A DNA stretch of 64,000 nt. Source: an uncultured Candidatus Saccharibacteria bacterium. GTDB taxonomy: Bacteria > Patescibacteriota > Saccharimonadia > CAILAD01 > JADZBC01. The DNA lies in the NCBI GenBank assembly GCA_964600985.1, contig CAZRJR010000002.1, positions 104,867-168,866 on the forward strand, written 5' to 3'. Positions 26,920 through 37,615 of this stretch are shown one piece after another. The first letter of the stretch is position 1. Each line of letters begins with the position of its first letter. A program made the translations under genes and the position numbers. The notes beneath the pieces were generated by a model. The model worked only from the letters and a program-made list of their open reading frames with translations, had not been told where the DNA came from and searched no databases.

Positions 26920-26947
26920 TGTAATCATTGCATGACTGTGCTATAAT
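26920..26947 (+). promoter_or_regulatory. Sigma-70-like promoter in the ABC/ftsK divergent region
   Basis: TTGTAA-16 nt-TATAAT. It overlaps an opposite-strand TTGTCA...TAAAGT. Confidence 0.4.
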
Positions 26948-27006
26948 GGATTCAACATGAGGGTGAATCATGACCAAACTATCTAGTACCATGCGGCCGG
27001 AGCGCT

Positions 27007-27012
27007 TATAAT
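27007..27012 (+). promoter_or_regulatory. -10 hexamer TATAAT 6 nt upstream of the ftsK ATG (leaderless arrangement)
   Basis: TATAAT-aagcta-ATG(27019). Confidence 0.45.
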
Positions 27013-27018
27013 AAGCTA

Positions 27019-29136
27019 ATGGCTAAACGCAATATAAAAAAGCAAAAGGCAAAGCCGCTTAAGGAGCCCGCTCAGCTTGTCTCGCACGAGGCTAAGCGTG
27101 AGATCGTAGCAATTCTGCTGATTACTCTAGCAATATTCTTAATCATAGCCATGGTTGGGTTTGCTGGTAGCTTGGGTAACTGGGTGCTTATGGCTATGCG
27201 CTTTGTGCTAGGACTATCGGTATTTGTGCTGCCGTTTGCCTTGCTACTCATTGCATGGGTGCTGTTCCAACCCGATAAGTATGAGTTTAAGGCCAATAAC
27301 TTGTTTGGCGCTATCTTTACTTTCGTATGCTTGGCAGGCCTAGCGCACCTTATATTTGCTCCCGACTCGGTAAACTTTAGCAACGTCGGCTCGGGTGGTG
27401 GGCTAGTGGGTATGGGCCTAAGCGCCGCTATGCTACCGATTCTCAATAAGCCAGTGTCTATCTTTATTCTCATAGCACTCTTACTAATCAGCTTGGTAGT
27501 AGCTGCGAATACGCGGGTCAAGGATTTATTTAAGAGCTTCTTATTATTGTTTCACCGCGAGCGCAACAGCGAAGGCGAGCTGGTAGAAGAGCCCAAGTTT
27601 CAGATCAATAACAAGCTGCCCATAAAGGGTAGTGTGGGCGAAGATGACGCACCTGAACCGAAGAAGAAAGAGGCGAGTGTAATGCTATCGTCTGCCGACA
27701 AAGACTGGGTGTACCCACCACTTGATTTGGTCAAAGCTACCTCTACCCAGGCCGATCCAGGTGACGCTAAGGCCACTGCAAAAGTAATTAAAGACACCTT
27801 TGCCGACTTTGGCTACGAGGTGGCTATGGATGCGGTAGATGTAGGTCCAACTGTGTCGCAGTATAGCCTTAAGCCGCCTACTGGAGTGAATCTGAATAAA
27901 ATCACGGCGCTTGATCGCAACTTAGCCCTAGCACTCGAGGCTGAGCAAATTCGCATAGAAGCGCCGATTCCAGGCAAAAGCCTGGTAGGAATTCAGGTGC
28001 CAAACAAAAAGTCGGCCCAAGTACGCCTAGGTGACATCCTGGCCTCCAAAGAAATCGCTGGCAAGGGCACCAAGCTTACTTTTGTACTGGGCCGCGATGT
28101 CAGTGGTGAGATTATTGTGGCGGACTTAGGCAAAGCTCCGCACTTGCTGGTGGCTGGTGCTACGGGTGCTGGTAAGTCGGTTATGATTAACACACTCATA
28201 ACGAGCCTGTTGTATCGTAATTCACCTTCCGAAATGAAGCTGATTTTGGTCGATCCCAAGCGTGTTGAGCTTGGCTTGTACCACGACATCCCACATCTGC
28301 TTACTCCAGTGATCGTAGAACCAACTCAGGCGATCTCGGCGCTCAAGTGGGCAGTGGCAGAAATGGATCGACGCTATAGACTCCTGCAAGATCACGGCAA
28401 GCGTGGCATTGATGAGTTCAACGCCCAAAAGGATGTAGATAGTATGCCGTACATTGTGATTGTAGTGGACGAGTTCGCTGATCTTATGATGGTAGCAGGC
28501 AAGGATGTAGAGGCACTAATTCAGCGACTTACGCAGATGGCTCGTGCGGTCGGCATTCACCTGGTACTCGCTACCCAGCGCCCAAGCGTGAACGTAATTA
28601 CCGGTATCATTAAGGCAAACGTTCCAACGCGCATTGCGCTTACTACGGCGAGTCAGGTGGATTCGCGCACTATTATAGAAATGGCTGGCGCCGAGAAGCT
28701 GCTGGGTAAGGGTGATATGTTATTTGCCAGTCCGAGCTTCATTAAGCCCAAGCGCGTACAGGGTGTGTGGCTGAGCGAAGAAGAAGTAACCGGCGTGGCG
28801 GAGTTCTTGCGCAAGGCACGCGAACCGGAGTACAACGAAGAAGTGTTGGCCCAATCAGTCCGTATAAAGGGTATGGCAGGTGGCGGCGGTGACTTTGATG
28901 CTGGTGAAGACGCATTGTTTAACGAAGCTGCCGAAGTCACCATTCAGGCTGGCAAGGCCTCGGCTTCGCTCTTGCAACGCCGATTGAAGGTTGGCTATGC
29001 TCGCGCAGCTCGACTTATGGACATGCTCGAGGAACAAGGTGTGGTTGGCCCGGCCGATGGCGCCAAGCCACGGGAAGTATTGATTAGTAGTGTGGATGAA
29101 CTAAGTGGTGGAGGTGGTGGTGACGCCGAGGAATAA
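27019..29136 (+). CDS. ftsK: DNA translocase FtsK/SpoIIIE
   Basis: It has N-terminal TM helices, Walker A GATGAGKSV and a gamma winged-helix domain. Confidence 0.92.
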   Translation: MAKRNIKKQKAKPLKEPAQLVSHEAKREIVAILLITLAIFLIIAMVGFAGSLGNWVLMAMRFVLGLSVFVLPFALLLIAWVLFQPDKYEFKANNLFGAIFTFVCLAGLAHLIFAPDSVNFSNVGSGGGLVGMGLSAAMLPILNKPVSIFILIALLLISLVVAANTRVKDLFKSFLLLFHRERNSEGELVEEPKFQINNKLPIKGSVGEDDAPEPKKKEASVMLSSADKDWVYPPLDLVKATSTQADPGDAKATAKVIKDTFADFGYEVAMDAVDVGPTVSQYSLKPPTGVNLNKITALDRNLALALEAEQIRIEAPIPGKSLVGIQVPNKKSAQVRLGDILASKEIAGKGTKLTFVLGRDVSGEIIVADLGKAPHLLVAGATGAGKSVMINTLITSLLYRNSPSEMKLILVDPKRVELGLYHDIPHLLTPVIVEPTQAISALKWAVAEMDRRYRLLQDHGKRGIDEFNAQKDVDSMPYIVIVVDEFADLMMVAGKDVEALIQRLTQMARAVGIHLVLATQRPSVNVITGIIKANVPTRIALTTASQVDSRTIIEMAGAEKLLGKGDMLFASPSFIKPKRVQGVWLSEEEVTGVAEFLRKAREPEYNEEVLAQSVRIKGMAGGGGDFDAGEDALFNEAAEVTIQAGKASASLLQRRLKVGYARAARLMDMLEEQGVVGPADGAKPREVLISSVDELSGGGGGDAEE

Positions 29137-30160
29137 ACCGGCCACCGAAGCTCCCGAGCGTCAGTCGACTACACCTAGCAAGCGAGTCGCTGATTTTTCA
29201 TTAGGTGAGCTCTTAGAGCGACGCCGCGAAGAGCTTGGCATAACTATCAAGCAAGCCGAAAAGGAAACCAAGATCCGCAGTGAGTACCTGCAAAACATCG
29301 AAGCAGGTGCATTCGACAAACTGCCCGACGACATTTATACCCGTGGCTATGTAAAGAATTACGCAGATTTTTTAGGGTTTGAGACTACGCCCCTACTTAA
29401 TTTATATAAAAAAGAACGCCAAGCATTTGTACAGCGCCGTGGACCCAGCAAGGCCAAGGTGAATAATCAGAGCCTAGGCCTTAAGCCGCTCGACACGCCA
29501 CGATTTGTAGTTACCCCACGCAGTTTGTTGGTACTCCTTGGTATTGCCCTAGTAGGGTTAATCATTGGCTATATTGCTTGGCAGCTGAGTGTGCTTTCGG
29601 CGCCCCCAAAGTTAACGGTGGACAACAAAGAAGGCAGTACAGTCACAACCAATATAGTTTATATAACCGGTAAGACCGACGAATCAGCCGACTTGTTTAT
29701 TAACGACGCTCAAGTAGCCACCGCTGCTGATGGTGCGTTTCGTGAAAAGGTAACATTAGTAGATGGCCCCAACCAGGTAAAGGTTACGGCCCGCAGCAGG
29801 CTGAACAAGAGCACGACCGTAGTGCGTACTATAAACGCCAGGCTACCTAAGGAGGATGCCGTGATTGGTGCTACGTCGGCTGTTGCTGGGGGCGTGGAGT
29901 TGGTGGTACGAGTTGGGCCCGATGCCGCAAACATTAGCGTGAATGCCGACGGCAAAGACATATTCAGCGGCACGATGACGGCCGGAAGCGAGCAGACCTT
30001 TCGTGCGAGCGATACTATTAAGCTCTCTACGAGTAATGCATCCTCGACTCAACTCATCTTAAGTAATACGGTGGTTACTAAAAAGGATCTTGGCAAAGTT
30101 GGAACCTCGGCTGAACCCAAGAATGATCTAATCTTTAGTAAAGATACCAAGGTTGAGTAG
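29105..30160 (+). CDS. RodZ-like protein (HTH_25 domain, TM helix and C-terminal DUF4115-like domain)
   Basis: The HTH is LGELLERRREELGITIKQAEKETKIRSEYLQNIE and the TM is LLVLLGIALVGLIIGYIAW. It overlaps the ftsK 3' end by 32 nt. Confidence 0.6.
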   Translation: MVEVVVTPRNKPATEAPERQSTTPSKRVADFSLGELLERRREELGITIKQAEKETKIRSEYLQNIEAGAFDKLPDDIYTRGYVKNYADFLGFETTPLLNLYKKERQAFVQRRGPSKAKVNNQSLGLKPLDTPRFVVTPRSLLVLLGIALVGLIIGYIAWQLSVLSAPPKLTVDNKEGSTVTTNIVYITGKTDESADLFINDAQVATAADGAFREKVTLVDGPNQVKVTARSRLNKSTTVVRTINARLPKEDAVIGATSAVAGGVELVVRVGPDAANISVNADGKDIFSGTMTAGSEQTFRASDTIKLSTSNASSTQLILSNTVVTKKDLGKVGTSAEPKNDLIFSKDTKVE

Positions 30161-30792
30161 TGGGAGAGCCAACGGAACCTGCGAAACCGGCCAAGTCAGG
30201 GCCTCAGCCGCTCAGCGAATACTACGAGCTTACTCGGCCCACAGGTGGGTCGCAAACGCTTGAGAGCGCTCTGAGGCATGTCGAGCATCGTAACAACGCC
30301 CTTGATCTTGGTTCTGGCTCGGGCAGAGATAGCTTGTATTTGCTCGATCAGGGATTCGCGCACGTGGTGGCAGTAGATGCCAATATTGGGGCTGGAGATG
30401 TACTTAAGTTTGTGCCAGAAGACGCGCAGGATAAGCTGGAATTTGTACAAGCAAGGTTTGATGAATTTGACTTCGGTGTTGATCGGTTTGATCTAATAAA
30501 TGCACAGTTTGCTTTGCCGTTTAACCCTCGTGATACGTTTAATAAAATGTTTGAACGATTAAAGAGTTCCTTACGTTCAGGCGGTCTATTTGTAGGCGTG
30601 TTCTTTGGTCCTAACGACGAATGGAATACACCGGGTAGTAAGCTTACATTTCATTCTAGAGAAGATATACAAAGAATACTAATTAACATGGAGATAATAG
30701 AGTTATTAGAGGAAGATGAGCCAGATGGTCGGCTGGCTAATGGCACGCCAAAGCATTGGCATAATTTTAGAGTAACGGCGCGTAAACTATAA
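30160..30792 (+). CDS. Class I SAM-dependent methyltransferase (TehB-like)
   Basis: It has the LDLGSGSGRDSLYLL motif-I glycine-rich loop. Confidence 0.6.
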   Translation: MGEPTEPAKPAKSGPQPLSEYYELTRPTGGSQTLESALRHVEHRNNALDLGSGSGRDSLYLLDQGFAHVVAVDANIGAGDVLKFVPEDAQDKLEFVQARFDEFDFGVDRFDLINAQFALPFNPRDTFNKMFERLKSSLRSGGLFVGVFFGPNDEWNTPGSKLTFHSREDIQRILINMEIIELLEEDEPDGRLANGTPKHWHNFRVTARKL

Positions 30793-30794
30793 GG

Positions 30795-31316
30795 ATGTAC
30801 CTTTACCATTTTGTACCTCGAAATATGCAGGGAACCACCTTGTATCCACTTAACACATTAAAGGATATTTGGCCAACGGTGTTTAGGGAACACAGCAAGA
30901 AGTACGAGGGTAGGCAGCAGATTCAGTATAAGGAGGTGCCTGGTTTGGGCAAGTGGAATGATGTTATTCATCTCTCACCAATTGATCCGGGCGAAACTCG
31001 GCAGGCGCTTAGGGACGCAGGCGTGGTGATCGACTCAAGCTGGAAAGTATTTTGCATAGATGCCGGCACGCTCGATGCCTCTCGGTTGGTTCTTCATATT
31101 GATACGGGGGTGGGAATTGGCGAGCAAGATTTGAATCTCCCATTGAGTGAGAAAAACTATGCAAACTACCGTCATCTGCCTGGCCGGACTAAAGAGTACT
31201 ACAGACAGTGTGTTAAAGAGGGCAGGCAAGCCTTAATATATGCGTTTACTCCTCACGTGCTTTATGGTGAGCCTATAGATGTCTCTGCGGTGGAGGTGAG
31301 GGAATATGCGAATTAG
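30795..31316 (+). CDS. Hypothetical protein
   Basis: A 173-aa ORF with no recognised motif. Confidence 0.4.
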   Translation: MYLYHFVPRNMQGTTLYPLNTLKDIWPTVFREHSKKYEGRQQIQYKEVPGLGKWNDVIHLSPIDPGETRQALRDAGVVIDSSWKVFCIDAGTLDASRLVLHIDTGVGIGEQDLNLPLSEKNYANYRHLPGRTKEYYRQCVKEGRQALIYAFTPHVLYGEPIDVSAVEVREYAN

Positions 31317-31364
31317 TCGTTCTTGATGAATCTGCTATAATTCGTATAACCAGGAACTTACCAC

Positions 31365-31721
31365 ATGGGCGGCCCGACAAATAAGAAGCAATTACATAGC
31401 CAGAACTCATCTGATTATTCCAGCTCAATGGTTGGCCTAATGACCCAAGTGGCTATGGTGATAGTGCTATTACCAGCTTACCTGGTTTCAAAGGCTAATA
31501 ATGACGGCTCTTATCCTGTTTTGATCTTGAGTATCTTTGGAATGTTGGTGCCAATTAATATTGTTATAACAAATGTAGCTTTATGGCGTACTCGTAATTC
31601 TTCCCTTAGCCCGAAAGCAAAGCTAGTTCTTGCTGGTCTGGCGATCAATGTTTTATTGCTGATGGGCTATATTCTATGGGCTACAGTCGGCTCACAAGTA
31701 TTTTCAGGAGGGCAACTATGA
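31365..31721 (+). CDS. Hypothetical membrane protein
   Basis: A 118-aa ORF with 3 hydrophobic helices. Confidence 0.4.
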   Translation: MGGPTNKKQLHSQNSSDYSSSMVGLMTQVAMVIVLLPAYLVSKANNDGSYPVLILSIFGMLVPINIVITNVALWRTRNSSLSPKAKLVLAGLAINVLLLMGYILWATVGSQVFSGGQL

Positions 31722-32131
31722 GTAAGAATGCGGGAGTTCCGAGCCGAGGCAAGGCGACACAGTCACCTAATCTAAGCAGGTGGCCGAACTACGCACTCAC
31801 TTTGTTGGCCATTCAGTGTGCTATGGTGTGCTATGCCGCTCAAATTTTTTGGTCTACGAAAGACGCAGTAGATTTTAGTGGACTAACCGTTATCTATCCT
31901 ATATTTGGCTTGCTTGTTTTGAGTCTTCCCACAATCATCGTATCAGTCATTGCACTGAAGAAATCCTGGAATGTGATTGGATGGTTTAAAAAGCTCCTTA
32001 TCACTCTTGGGATTGTTATTAATGTGCTTGTGTTATGTTCCTTTGGCGTCGGCTGGGTAAAGGAGGCTTTGTATCCACCCCAGGTGCAGCTGGAGCCGAT
32101 CTCCCTACTAAGTAGTACATATCTGGTATAA
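31718..32131 (+). CDS. Hypothetical membrane protein
   Basis: It has 4 hydrophobic helices. Its ATG overlaps the previous stop. Confidence 0.4.
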   Translation: MSKNAGVPSRGKATQSPNLSRWPNYALTLLAIQCAMVCYAAQIFWSTKDAVDFSGLTVIYPIFGLLVLSLPTIIVSVIALKKSWNVIGWFKKLLITLGIVINVLVLCSFGVGWVKEALYPPQVQLEPISLLSSTYLV

Positions 32132-32165
32132 TCTAACCTGAACACAGTAAACGGAGGCCGCAAAT

Positions 32166-32663
32166 ATGGCAAAGGATTTTTCATTCGACGTAGTAAGTGA
32201 CTATGATTTGTCGGAAATGATCAATGCAATCGACCAGGTAGGGCGAGAACTGCAAACACGCTACGACTTTCAAGGTACCGGTGCAAAGTGCGAGTTTGTG
32301 CGTGACAAAGGCGTGCTCGAGCTCGAGGCGAACTCCGACCTCAAGGTTCAAACGATTTTAGACGTAGTAGAAAGCAAACTACTTAAACGCGGTATTAGCC
32401 TAAAAGTGCTCGATAAGTCGGGCGAGATTGTACAAAGTGGCATGGTAAGTAAATTGACAGTGCCCTTGCTTAAGGGCTTGGACCAAGAAAAGGCCAAGAA
32501 GATCACTAAGCTAATTCGCGACGAATTCCCCAAGGCAAAAACCCAGATTCAAGGCCAAGAAGTGCGCGTGAGCAGTACAAGTAAGGATGATTTGCAGGGA
32601 GTCATGAATGCGCTAAAAACTGCGGATTTTGACTTCCCGCTGAGCTTTACAAACTTTAGATGA
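32166..32663 (+). CDS. yajQ: YajQ-family nucleotide-binding protein (UPF0234)
   Basis: The N-terminus is MAKDFSFDVVSDYDLSEMINAIDQ, it encodes 165 aa and a GGAGG SD lies upstream. Confidence 0.75.
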   Translation: MAKDFSFDVVSDYDLSEMINAIDQVGRELQTRYDFQGTGAKCEFVRDKGVLELEANSDLKVQTILDVVESKLLKRGISLKVLDKSGEIVQSGMVSKLTVPLLKGLDQEKAKKITKLIRDEFPKAKTQIQGQEVRVSSTSKDDLQGVMNALKTADFDFPLSFTNFR

Positions 32664-33376
32664 ACACACGGAAGTTGCAGTTTTACTCTGCGGGTAAACG
32701 CCTAGAAGGAACCTTTGTCGCTCCAAGCGGTGATATAAAAGGGGCACTCCTACGTATTAGTGGAGGGGCTAATATCGGCCATAGCCCAAATGAGTGGCAG
32801 GAGATTCTCGCAAAGAGCGGAATAGCTAGCTTTGCTTTTGACTTTCGCGGAGTAGACAAGAGCGAAGGCGAACTTCACGATACTAATTTGAATACTCGGC
32901 TTGCAGATTCTAAGAAGGCGTATTCAGAATTCGTTAAGCTCTTAGGTCATGATGTAGATATTAGTATCTTAGGGGTAAGTATGGGTGCTCCGATAGCAAT
33001 TTGGCTTGCTCATGAAGTACAGATAACACATCTTTTGCTGGCGGTGGCAGCAGCATATCCTGCCGACTCTCACAATAAGAACTTCGGTAAGGCATTTTCT
33101 CAGTCTATTCGCAGAGAGGGCGCGTGGCGCACTTCTGTGGAGTTCAGTAAGCTTCAAGAGCTTAAATTGCCAGTGTTGTTTGCGAGCGCATTAAAGGATG
33201 ATATTATTCCCCGTGACATTACTGCGCAATATAGGGATGTCATTAGGGATATAGGAGGAGTAAGTATTGATTTCGATGTGCCACATGCATTCTTACGCTC
33301 TTCGAGTGACTATCCGAAAGAGCGTCATGCATTCTGGGCTGCTGTATGTAATTTTATTACCTCCACTGCGACATAA
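32660..33376 (+). CDS. Alpha/beta hydrolase (dienelactone-hydrolase-like)
   Basis: It has a GVSMG nucleophile elbow and a C-terminal His. Confidence 0.5.
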   Translation: MNTRKLQFYSAGKRLEGTFVAPSGDIKGALLRISGGANIGHSPNEWQEILAKSGIASFAFDFRGVDKSEGELHDTNLNTRLADSKKAYSEFVKLLGHDVDISILGVSMGAPIAIWLAHEVQITHLLLAVAAAYPADSHNKNFGKAFSQSIRREGAWRTSVEFSKLQELKLPVLFASALKDDIIPRDITAQYRDVIRDIGGVSIDFDVPHAFLRSSSDYPKERHAFWAAVCNFITSTAT

Positions 33377-33456
33377 AATAAACTGGTTGACACGTACGTA
33401 TATTGTTCGGTATTATCCTTATAGAAAATGATTTAAGATGTAAGGAGAGTATAGGC

Positions 33457-34548
33457 ATGAGTACCGCAGTCGCCCAAAAGCCAGCAGCGAAAACCGTAAA
33501 AGTGGAGAACCCAAAGAGTATGAAGGACAACGACAGAACCAAAACAGCAGCAAGTGATTCGGCGGGCGAAAAGTCCGCGCGCCTACGCGCGGTAGATCTA
33601 GCCGTAGAGCAGATCGAACGCCAGTTTGGCAAGGGCTCAATCATGAAGTTGGGCGAGGGAGCCAAAGTGCATGTTAAGACCTTCTCCACCGGGAGCTTGT
33701 CGCTCGATATTGCCCTGGGTGGCGGAATCCCAGAGGGCAGGATTGTAGAGGTATACGGCCCGGAATCGAGTGGTAAAACTACCTTGGCTCTACATGCAGT
33801 CGCCGAGATTCAAAAGCGAGGTGGCCAAGCTGCCTTTATAGATGCGGAGCACGCGCTCGACCCTGAGTACGCTGCTAAGATCGGCGTAAACTTAGACAAT
33901 TTACTCATCGCCCAGCCCGACAATGGTGAGCAAGCGCTCGAGATTTGTGAAACCCTGGTGCGCTCAAGTGCGGTAGACCTCGTAATCGTTGACTCAGTAG
34001 CGGCTCTGGTGCCCCGTGCCGAGATCGAGGGTGATATGGGGGATGCTCAAATGGGCTTGCAGGCTCGACTTATGAGTCAGGCTATGCGTAAGCTCACAGG
34101 CGTAATTAGTAAGTCCAATACAACCGTGATATTTATAAACCAATTACGTATGAAGATCGGGGTAATGTTTGGTAATCCAGAGGTTACCGCTGGCGGAAAC
34201 GCACTCAAATACTACGCCTCGGTTCGTCTTGACATTCGTCGTAGTGAGCAGCTCAAGGATGGTGATACGCCGATTGGTAACCACGTAAAGGTTAAGGTGG
34301 TAAAGAACAAGATTGCCGCGCCGTTTAAGGTAGCTGAGTTCGACATCATGTATAACGAAGGCATTTCTAAGGCTGGCGATATGATTGACCTGGCAGTAAA
34401 GCACAACTTAGTGGTCAAATCCGGCGCCTGGTACTCCTACAAGGATGAAAAGATTGGTCAGGGCCGCGAAGCTGCTAAAAGCTTCCTCAAGGAACATCCA
34501 AAAGTAATGGACGAAATCGAAAAGGCGATTCGCGCCGAGGTTCTGTAG
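33457..34548 (+). CDS. recA: Recombinase RecA
   Basis: It has Walker [10 protein letters not shown] and L1/L2 loops. An AAGGAG SD is present. The 33403 extension in the ORF track is rejected. Confidence 0.93.
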   Translation: MSTAVAQKPAAKTVKVENPKSMKDNDRTKTAASDSAGEKSARLRAVDLAVEQIERQFGKGSIMKLGEGAKVHVKTFSTGSLSLDIALGGGIPEGRIVEVYGPESSGKTTLALHAVAEIQKRGGQAAFIDAEHALDPEYAAKIGVNLDNLLIAQPDNGEQALEICETLVRSSAVDLVIVDSVAALVPRAEIEGDMGDAQMGLQARLMSQAMRKLTGVISKSNTTVIFINQLRMKIGVMFGNPEVTAGGNALKYYASVRLDIRRSEQLKDGDTPIGNHVKVKVVKNKIAAPFKVAEFDIMYNEGISKAGDMIDLAVKHNLVVKSGAWYSYKDEKIGQGREAAKSFLKEHPKVMDEIEKAIRAEVL

Positions 34549-34569
34549 TAATTTGCCTGGGTAGTGGCC

Positions 34570-35187
34570 ATGCCGCGAATTACCGACATAACAACCCAGA
34601 AGCGCAGAAGCGATGTGTACAACCTATTTGTAGATGGAAAGTTCTTGTGTGGTGTGGGAGCTCTAGAGCTTAGTAGCTCTGGGCTCAAGGTAGGCCAAGA
34701 GCTGAGCGAGCAGGAGGTTGTGAGCATTGTGCAGCAATCGCAGGGTAGCAAAGCGCACAACGCCGCTCTACGCTACCTTAGCTACCGACCGCGGAGTGAA
34801 TTCGAGGTGCGGGACTATGTGTACCGAAAGGATTATTCAGAGGCTATTTGCAACGAAGTTATAGAGCGGCTTAAGAGGGAAGGCTTTGTGGATGACCAAG
34901 CCTTTGCCGAGTCTTGGATCCGTAGCCGTTCTGCAACCAAGCCCAGATCGCAGCGCGTACTGAGACTAGAGCTTAGTAACAAGCGGGTGCCAAAAGATGT
35001 GATTGATGCCGTATTGGCAGATCAGTCTGAAGATGAAGAGCTTACTGCTCTTAAGCAAATAGCACAAAAGAAGCTCCAGCTCAGTCGCTACCAAAACGAC
35101 GTACAAAAGCTTATGCAGTACTTAATGTCGCAAGGATTTCGTTATAGCGATGTAAAGAAGGTCTTGGCGGAGCTAGCGGTGGAGTAG
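34570..35187 (+). CDS. recX: Regulatory protein RecX
   Basis: It follows recA, encodes about 205 aa and has RecX repeats. Confidence 0.65.
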   Translation: MPRITDITTQKRRSDVYNLFVDGKFLCGVGALELSSSGLKVGQELSEQEVVSIVQQSQGSKAHNAALRYLSYRPRSEFEVRDYVYRKDYSEAICNEVIERLKREGFVDDQAFAESWIRSRSATKPRSQRVLRLELSNKRVPKDVIDAVLADQSEDEELTALKQIAQKKLQLSRYQNDVQKLMQYLMSQGFRYSDVKKVLAELAVE

Positions 35188-35275
35188 TACAAACCGAATT
35201 ACCATAGCGATAAGTGCGAACCAGACAACTAAGACTGCCAAACATCCCTCCAAACTTATTACGCTTAAGTATAGC

Positions 35276-35800
35276 TTAGGCGGTATGCTTGGGCAAGGGT
35301 ATGGTTAGTGGTTTGTGCGCTCGATTCTCAAGGTCACGTACGGTGATAGTAGATCCCTCAATGTTTACCACGTCACCATGGTCAATCATTTGCTCTTGTT
35401 GTAAGGGGTTACCAAATAGGCCAGCAGCTACGTAAAGCTTACCGATTACCCAGTTTGAGTCTTCAATAGCAAAGTTGGTAACTTTGCCAAGCCGCTTGCG
35501 ACTTTCGGTAATTACTTTGCAGCCCAAAGGATTAAAGTTGCGATTAATGACATCTTGGTGGCGCAGTAGATCTTCTGCCTCGGACAACTTTTCTTCGGCA
35601 TCGATTATGAGTCGATCGTTGGTAATGAACCGAATATCGCCAGGCAGCAAGTACGCCAATCCCTTTGGGTCCTGTATGGTGAGCAGCTCGGTTGCTAAAT
35701 TATCTGGGTTGATTACCAACCCAACAACCTTGCCGCAGGGGAAGCCAGACTGAACGCTCGCTACCGTAAGGCCTATAAAGTGATCACGTAAATGAAGCAT
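35276..35800 (-). CDS. Tandem PRC-barrel domain protein
   Basis: It has two PRC-barrel-like repeats. The start ATG at 35800 (MLHLRDHF) is preceded by TATAAT-N6 at 35807-35812 on the minus strand. Confidence 0.5.
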   Translation of the reverse strand: MLHLRDHFIGLTVASVQSGFPCGKVVGLVINPDNLATELLTIQDPKGLAYLLPGDIRFITNDRLIIDAEEKLSEAEDLLRHQDVINRNFNPLGCKVITESRKRLGKVTNFAIEDSNWVIGKLYVAAGLFGNPLQQEQMIDHGDVVNIEGSTITVRDLENRAHKPLTIPLPKHTA

Positions 35801-35964
35801 AAGTGTATTATAGCGCGTGTAGTGGTTGACCAAAACCCCTAAATAAGGTAGAATAAGTCGATATTAACTAACCTTTTTGCTGTAGCACTTAAAGCTAATA
35901 GTAAATGACTACAGCAAAGGCTGAGTACAGCACACTCGGCTGACCCAAAGAAAGGATCACATAC

Positions 35965-36336
35965 GTGCGAAATTACGAAATTGCAATTGTATTGCACCCT
36001 GACCTCGAAATCGATATAGAGAGCGCCACCAGCAAGGTCGAGAAGATTATCGATACCGCTAAAGGCAAAATTACCAAAAAAGACAACTGGGGCAAGCGCA
36101 AGTTGGCTTACCCAATCAAGAAGCAAGATTGGGGAATTTATGTATTCTACCAGGTACAGCTCGATCCACAGTCTGTAGCGCAAATTGAATCTACTCTACG
36201 AATTACCGAAGAAGTTATGCGCTATTTGATTGTGTCGCTTGAAAACACTAGACTGGTAAGCAAGACAAACCAACAAAACTCAGAGCCAGAGCAAAAAGAC
36301 GACGAGAAAGACGTAACGACCAAGGAGGACAAGTAA
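35965..36336 (+). CDS. rpsF: 30S ribosomal protein S6
   Basis: The N-terminus is MRNYEIAIVLHPDL. It has a GTG start and an acidic C-terminus. Confidence 0.9.
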   Translation: MRNYEIAIVLHPDLEIDIESATSKVEKIIDTAKGKITKKDNWGKRKLAYPIKKQDWGIYVFYQVQLDPQSVAQIESTLRITEEVMRYLIVSLENTRLVSKTNQQNSEPEQKDDEKDVTTKEDK

Positions 36337-36803
36337 TGGCGCAGGGATTTAATCAGGCAATTGTAATGGGTAACCTAACTCGCGACCCAGAACTTCGAAC
36401 TACACCAAGTGGCCAGTCGGTAGCGAGCTTTGCAGTTGCTACTAATCGCAATTGGACGGACCCGTCGGGCGAGAAGAAAGAAGCCGTGGAGTACCACGAG
36501 ATTGTAGCCTGGGGTAAGCTTGGCGAATTGGCCAGTAACTACCTTAGCAAGGGCCGCAAAGTATTGGTAACCGGGCGATTGCAAACTCGCAGCTGGGAAA
36601 CTGATGGTGTAAAGCGCCAAAAGACTGAAATAGTTGCTACCGATATTAACTTCTTGGACCGAGCTGGTGAGGGCGGTGGAGACTACACGCCACCTGCTTC
36701 TGCAAGTACGGGGGAGAATAAAAAACCAGCCAAGAAGAGCGACGATGTAATCATCGAAGACATGGGCGAGGGCGAAATTAATTTAGACGACATACCATTC
36801 TAG
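36336..36803 (+). CDS. ssb: Single-stranded DNA-binding protein
   Basis: It has an OB-fold with the AIVMGNLTRDPELR start and the C-terminal tail DDIPF. Confidence 0.92.
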   Translation: MAQGFNQAIVMGNLTRDPELRTTPSGQSVASFAVATNRNWTDPSGEKKEAVEYHEIVAWGKLGELASNYLSKGRKVLVTGRLQTRSWETDGVKRQKTEIVATDINFLDRAGEGGGDYTPPASASTGENKKPAKKSDDVIIEDMGEGEINLDDIPF

Positions 36804-36812
36804 GAGATATTA

Positions 36813-37025
36813 ATGGCAGAATACCGCAAACAGAACCGATTCTATTCAGAAAAAATCAGCTTTATTGATTATAAGGATGTAAAGCTCCTGCAGCGTTACT
36901 TGGGGCCAACCGGCAAGATTGAATCTCGCAAACGCACAGGAGCCAGCATGAAGCACCAGCGTATGCTGGCTACGGCGCTTAAGCGCGCCCGTCACATCGG
37001 CCTGCTTCCATTCGTGGTTAAGTAG
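36813..37025 (+). CDS. rpsR: 30S ribosomal protein S18
   Basis: It has the [17 protein letters not shown] motif and continues the rpsF-ssb-rpsR order. Confidence 0.9.
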   Translation: MAEYRKQNRFYSEKISFIDYKDVKLLQRYLGPTGKIESRKRTGASMKHQRMLATALKRARHIGLLPFVVK

Positions 37026-37042
37026 ATTGGCACAGGAAGCTC

Positions 37043-37603
37043 GTGTACGGAATTACCGACTTACGCAAAGAAACGCTGATTGATATTGATGGCACGCCCT
37101 ATAGGGTGACAGAGTACTCGCATACCCAAATGGGTCGCGGCGGCGCTACGGTAAAGGTTAAAATCAAAAACCTTATCAATGGCAGTGTGCTAGAAAAGAC
37201 ATTTAAGAACGATGAAAAAGTTGCGCCAGCAAGCATAGATCGTGCTCAACTCCAGTACCTGTATGCAAATGGTAGCAACTTAGCCTTGATGGACATGGCA
37301 AGCTTTGAGCAGTACGAGGTGCCGGCAGACCTCGACGAGGCGGTACTCAAGTACTTTCCGGAGGGCGCTGAAATTACTGGCCTAATATACAATAGCCAAG
37401 TAATTGGCTTTGATTTGCCTAAAAACACCGTAGTAAAGGTGACTGAAACTCCGGGCGGAGCTAAGGGTAATACGTCGAGTGGTGGCACGAAGCCCGCTAC
37501 GCTCGAGACGGGCATAGAGGTACAAGTACCCATGTTTATTAAGGTCGGTGATGGCATAAAGGTAGATACCCGCACCGGTCAGTACCTCGAGCGCGCCAAG
37601 TAG
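37043..37603 (+). CDS. efp: Elongation factor P
   Basis: It has a GTG start and the KPGKGGA-equivalent loop TQMGRGGATVKVK, and encodes 186 aa. Confidence 0.88.
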   Translation: MYGITDLRKETLIDIDGTPYRVTEYSHTQMGRGGATVKVKIKNLINGSVLEKTFKNDEKVAPASIDRAQLQYLYANGSNLALMDMASFEQYEVPADLDEAVLKYFPEGAEITGLIYNSQVIGFDLPKNTVVKVTETPGGAKGNTSSGGTKPATLETGIEVQVPMFIKVGDGIKVDTRTGQYLERAK

Positions 37604-37615
37604 TTTAGTGATAAT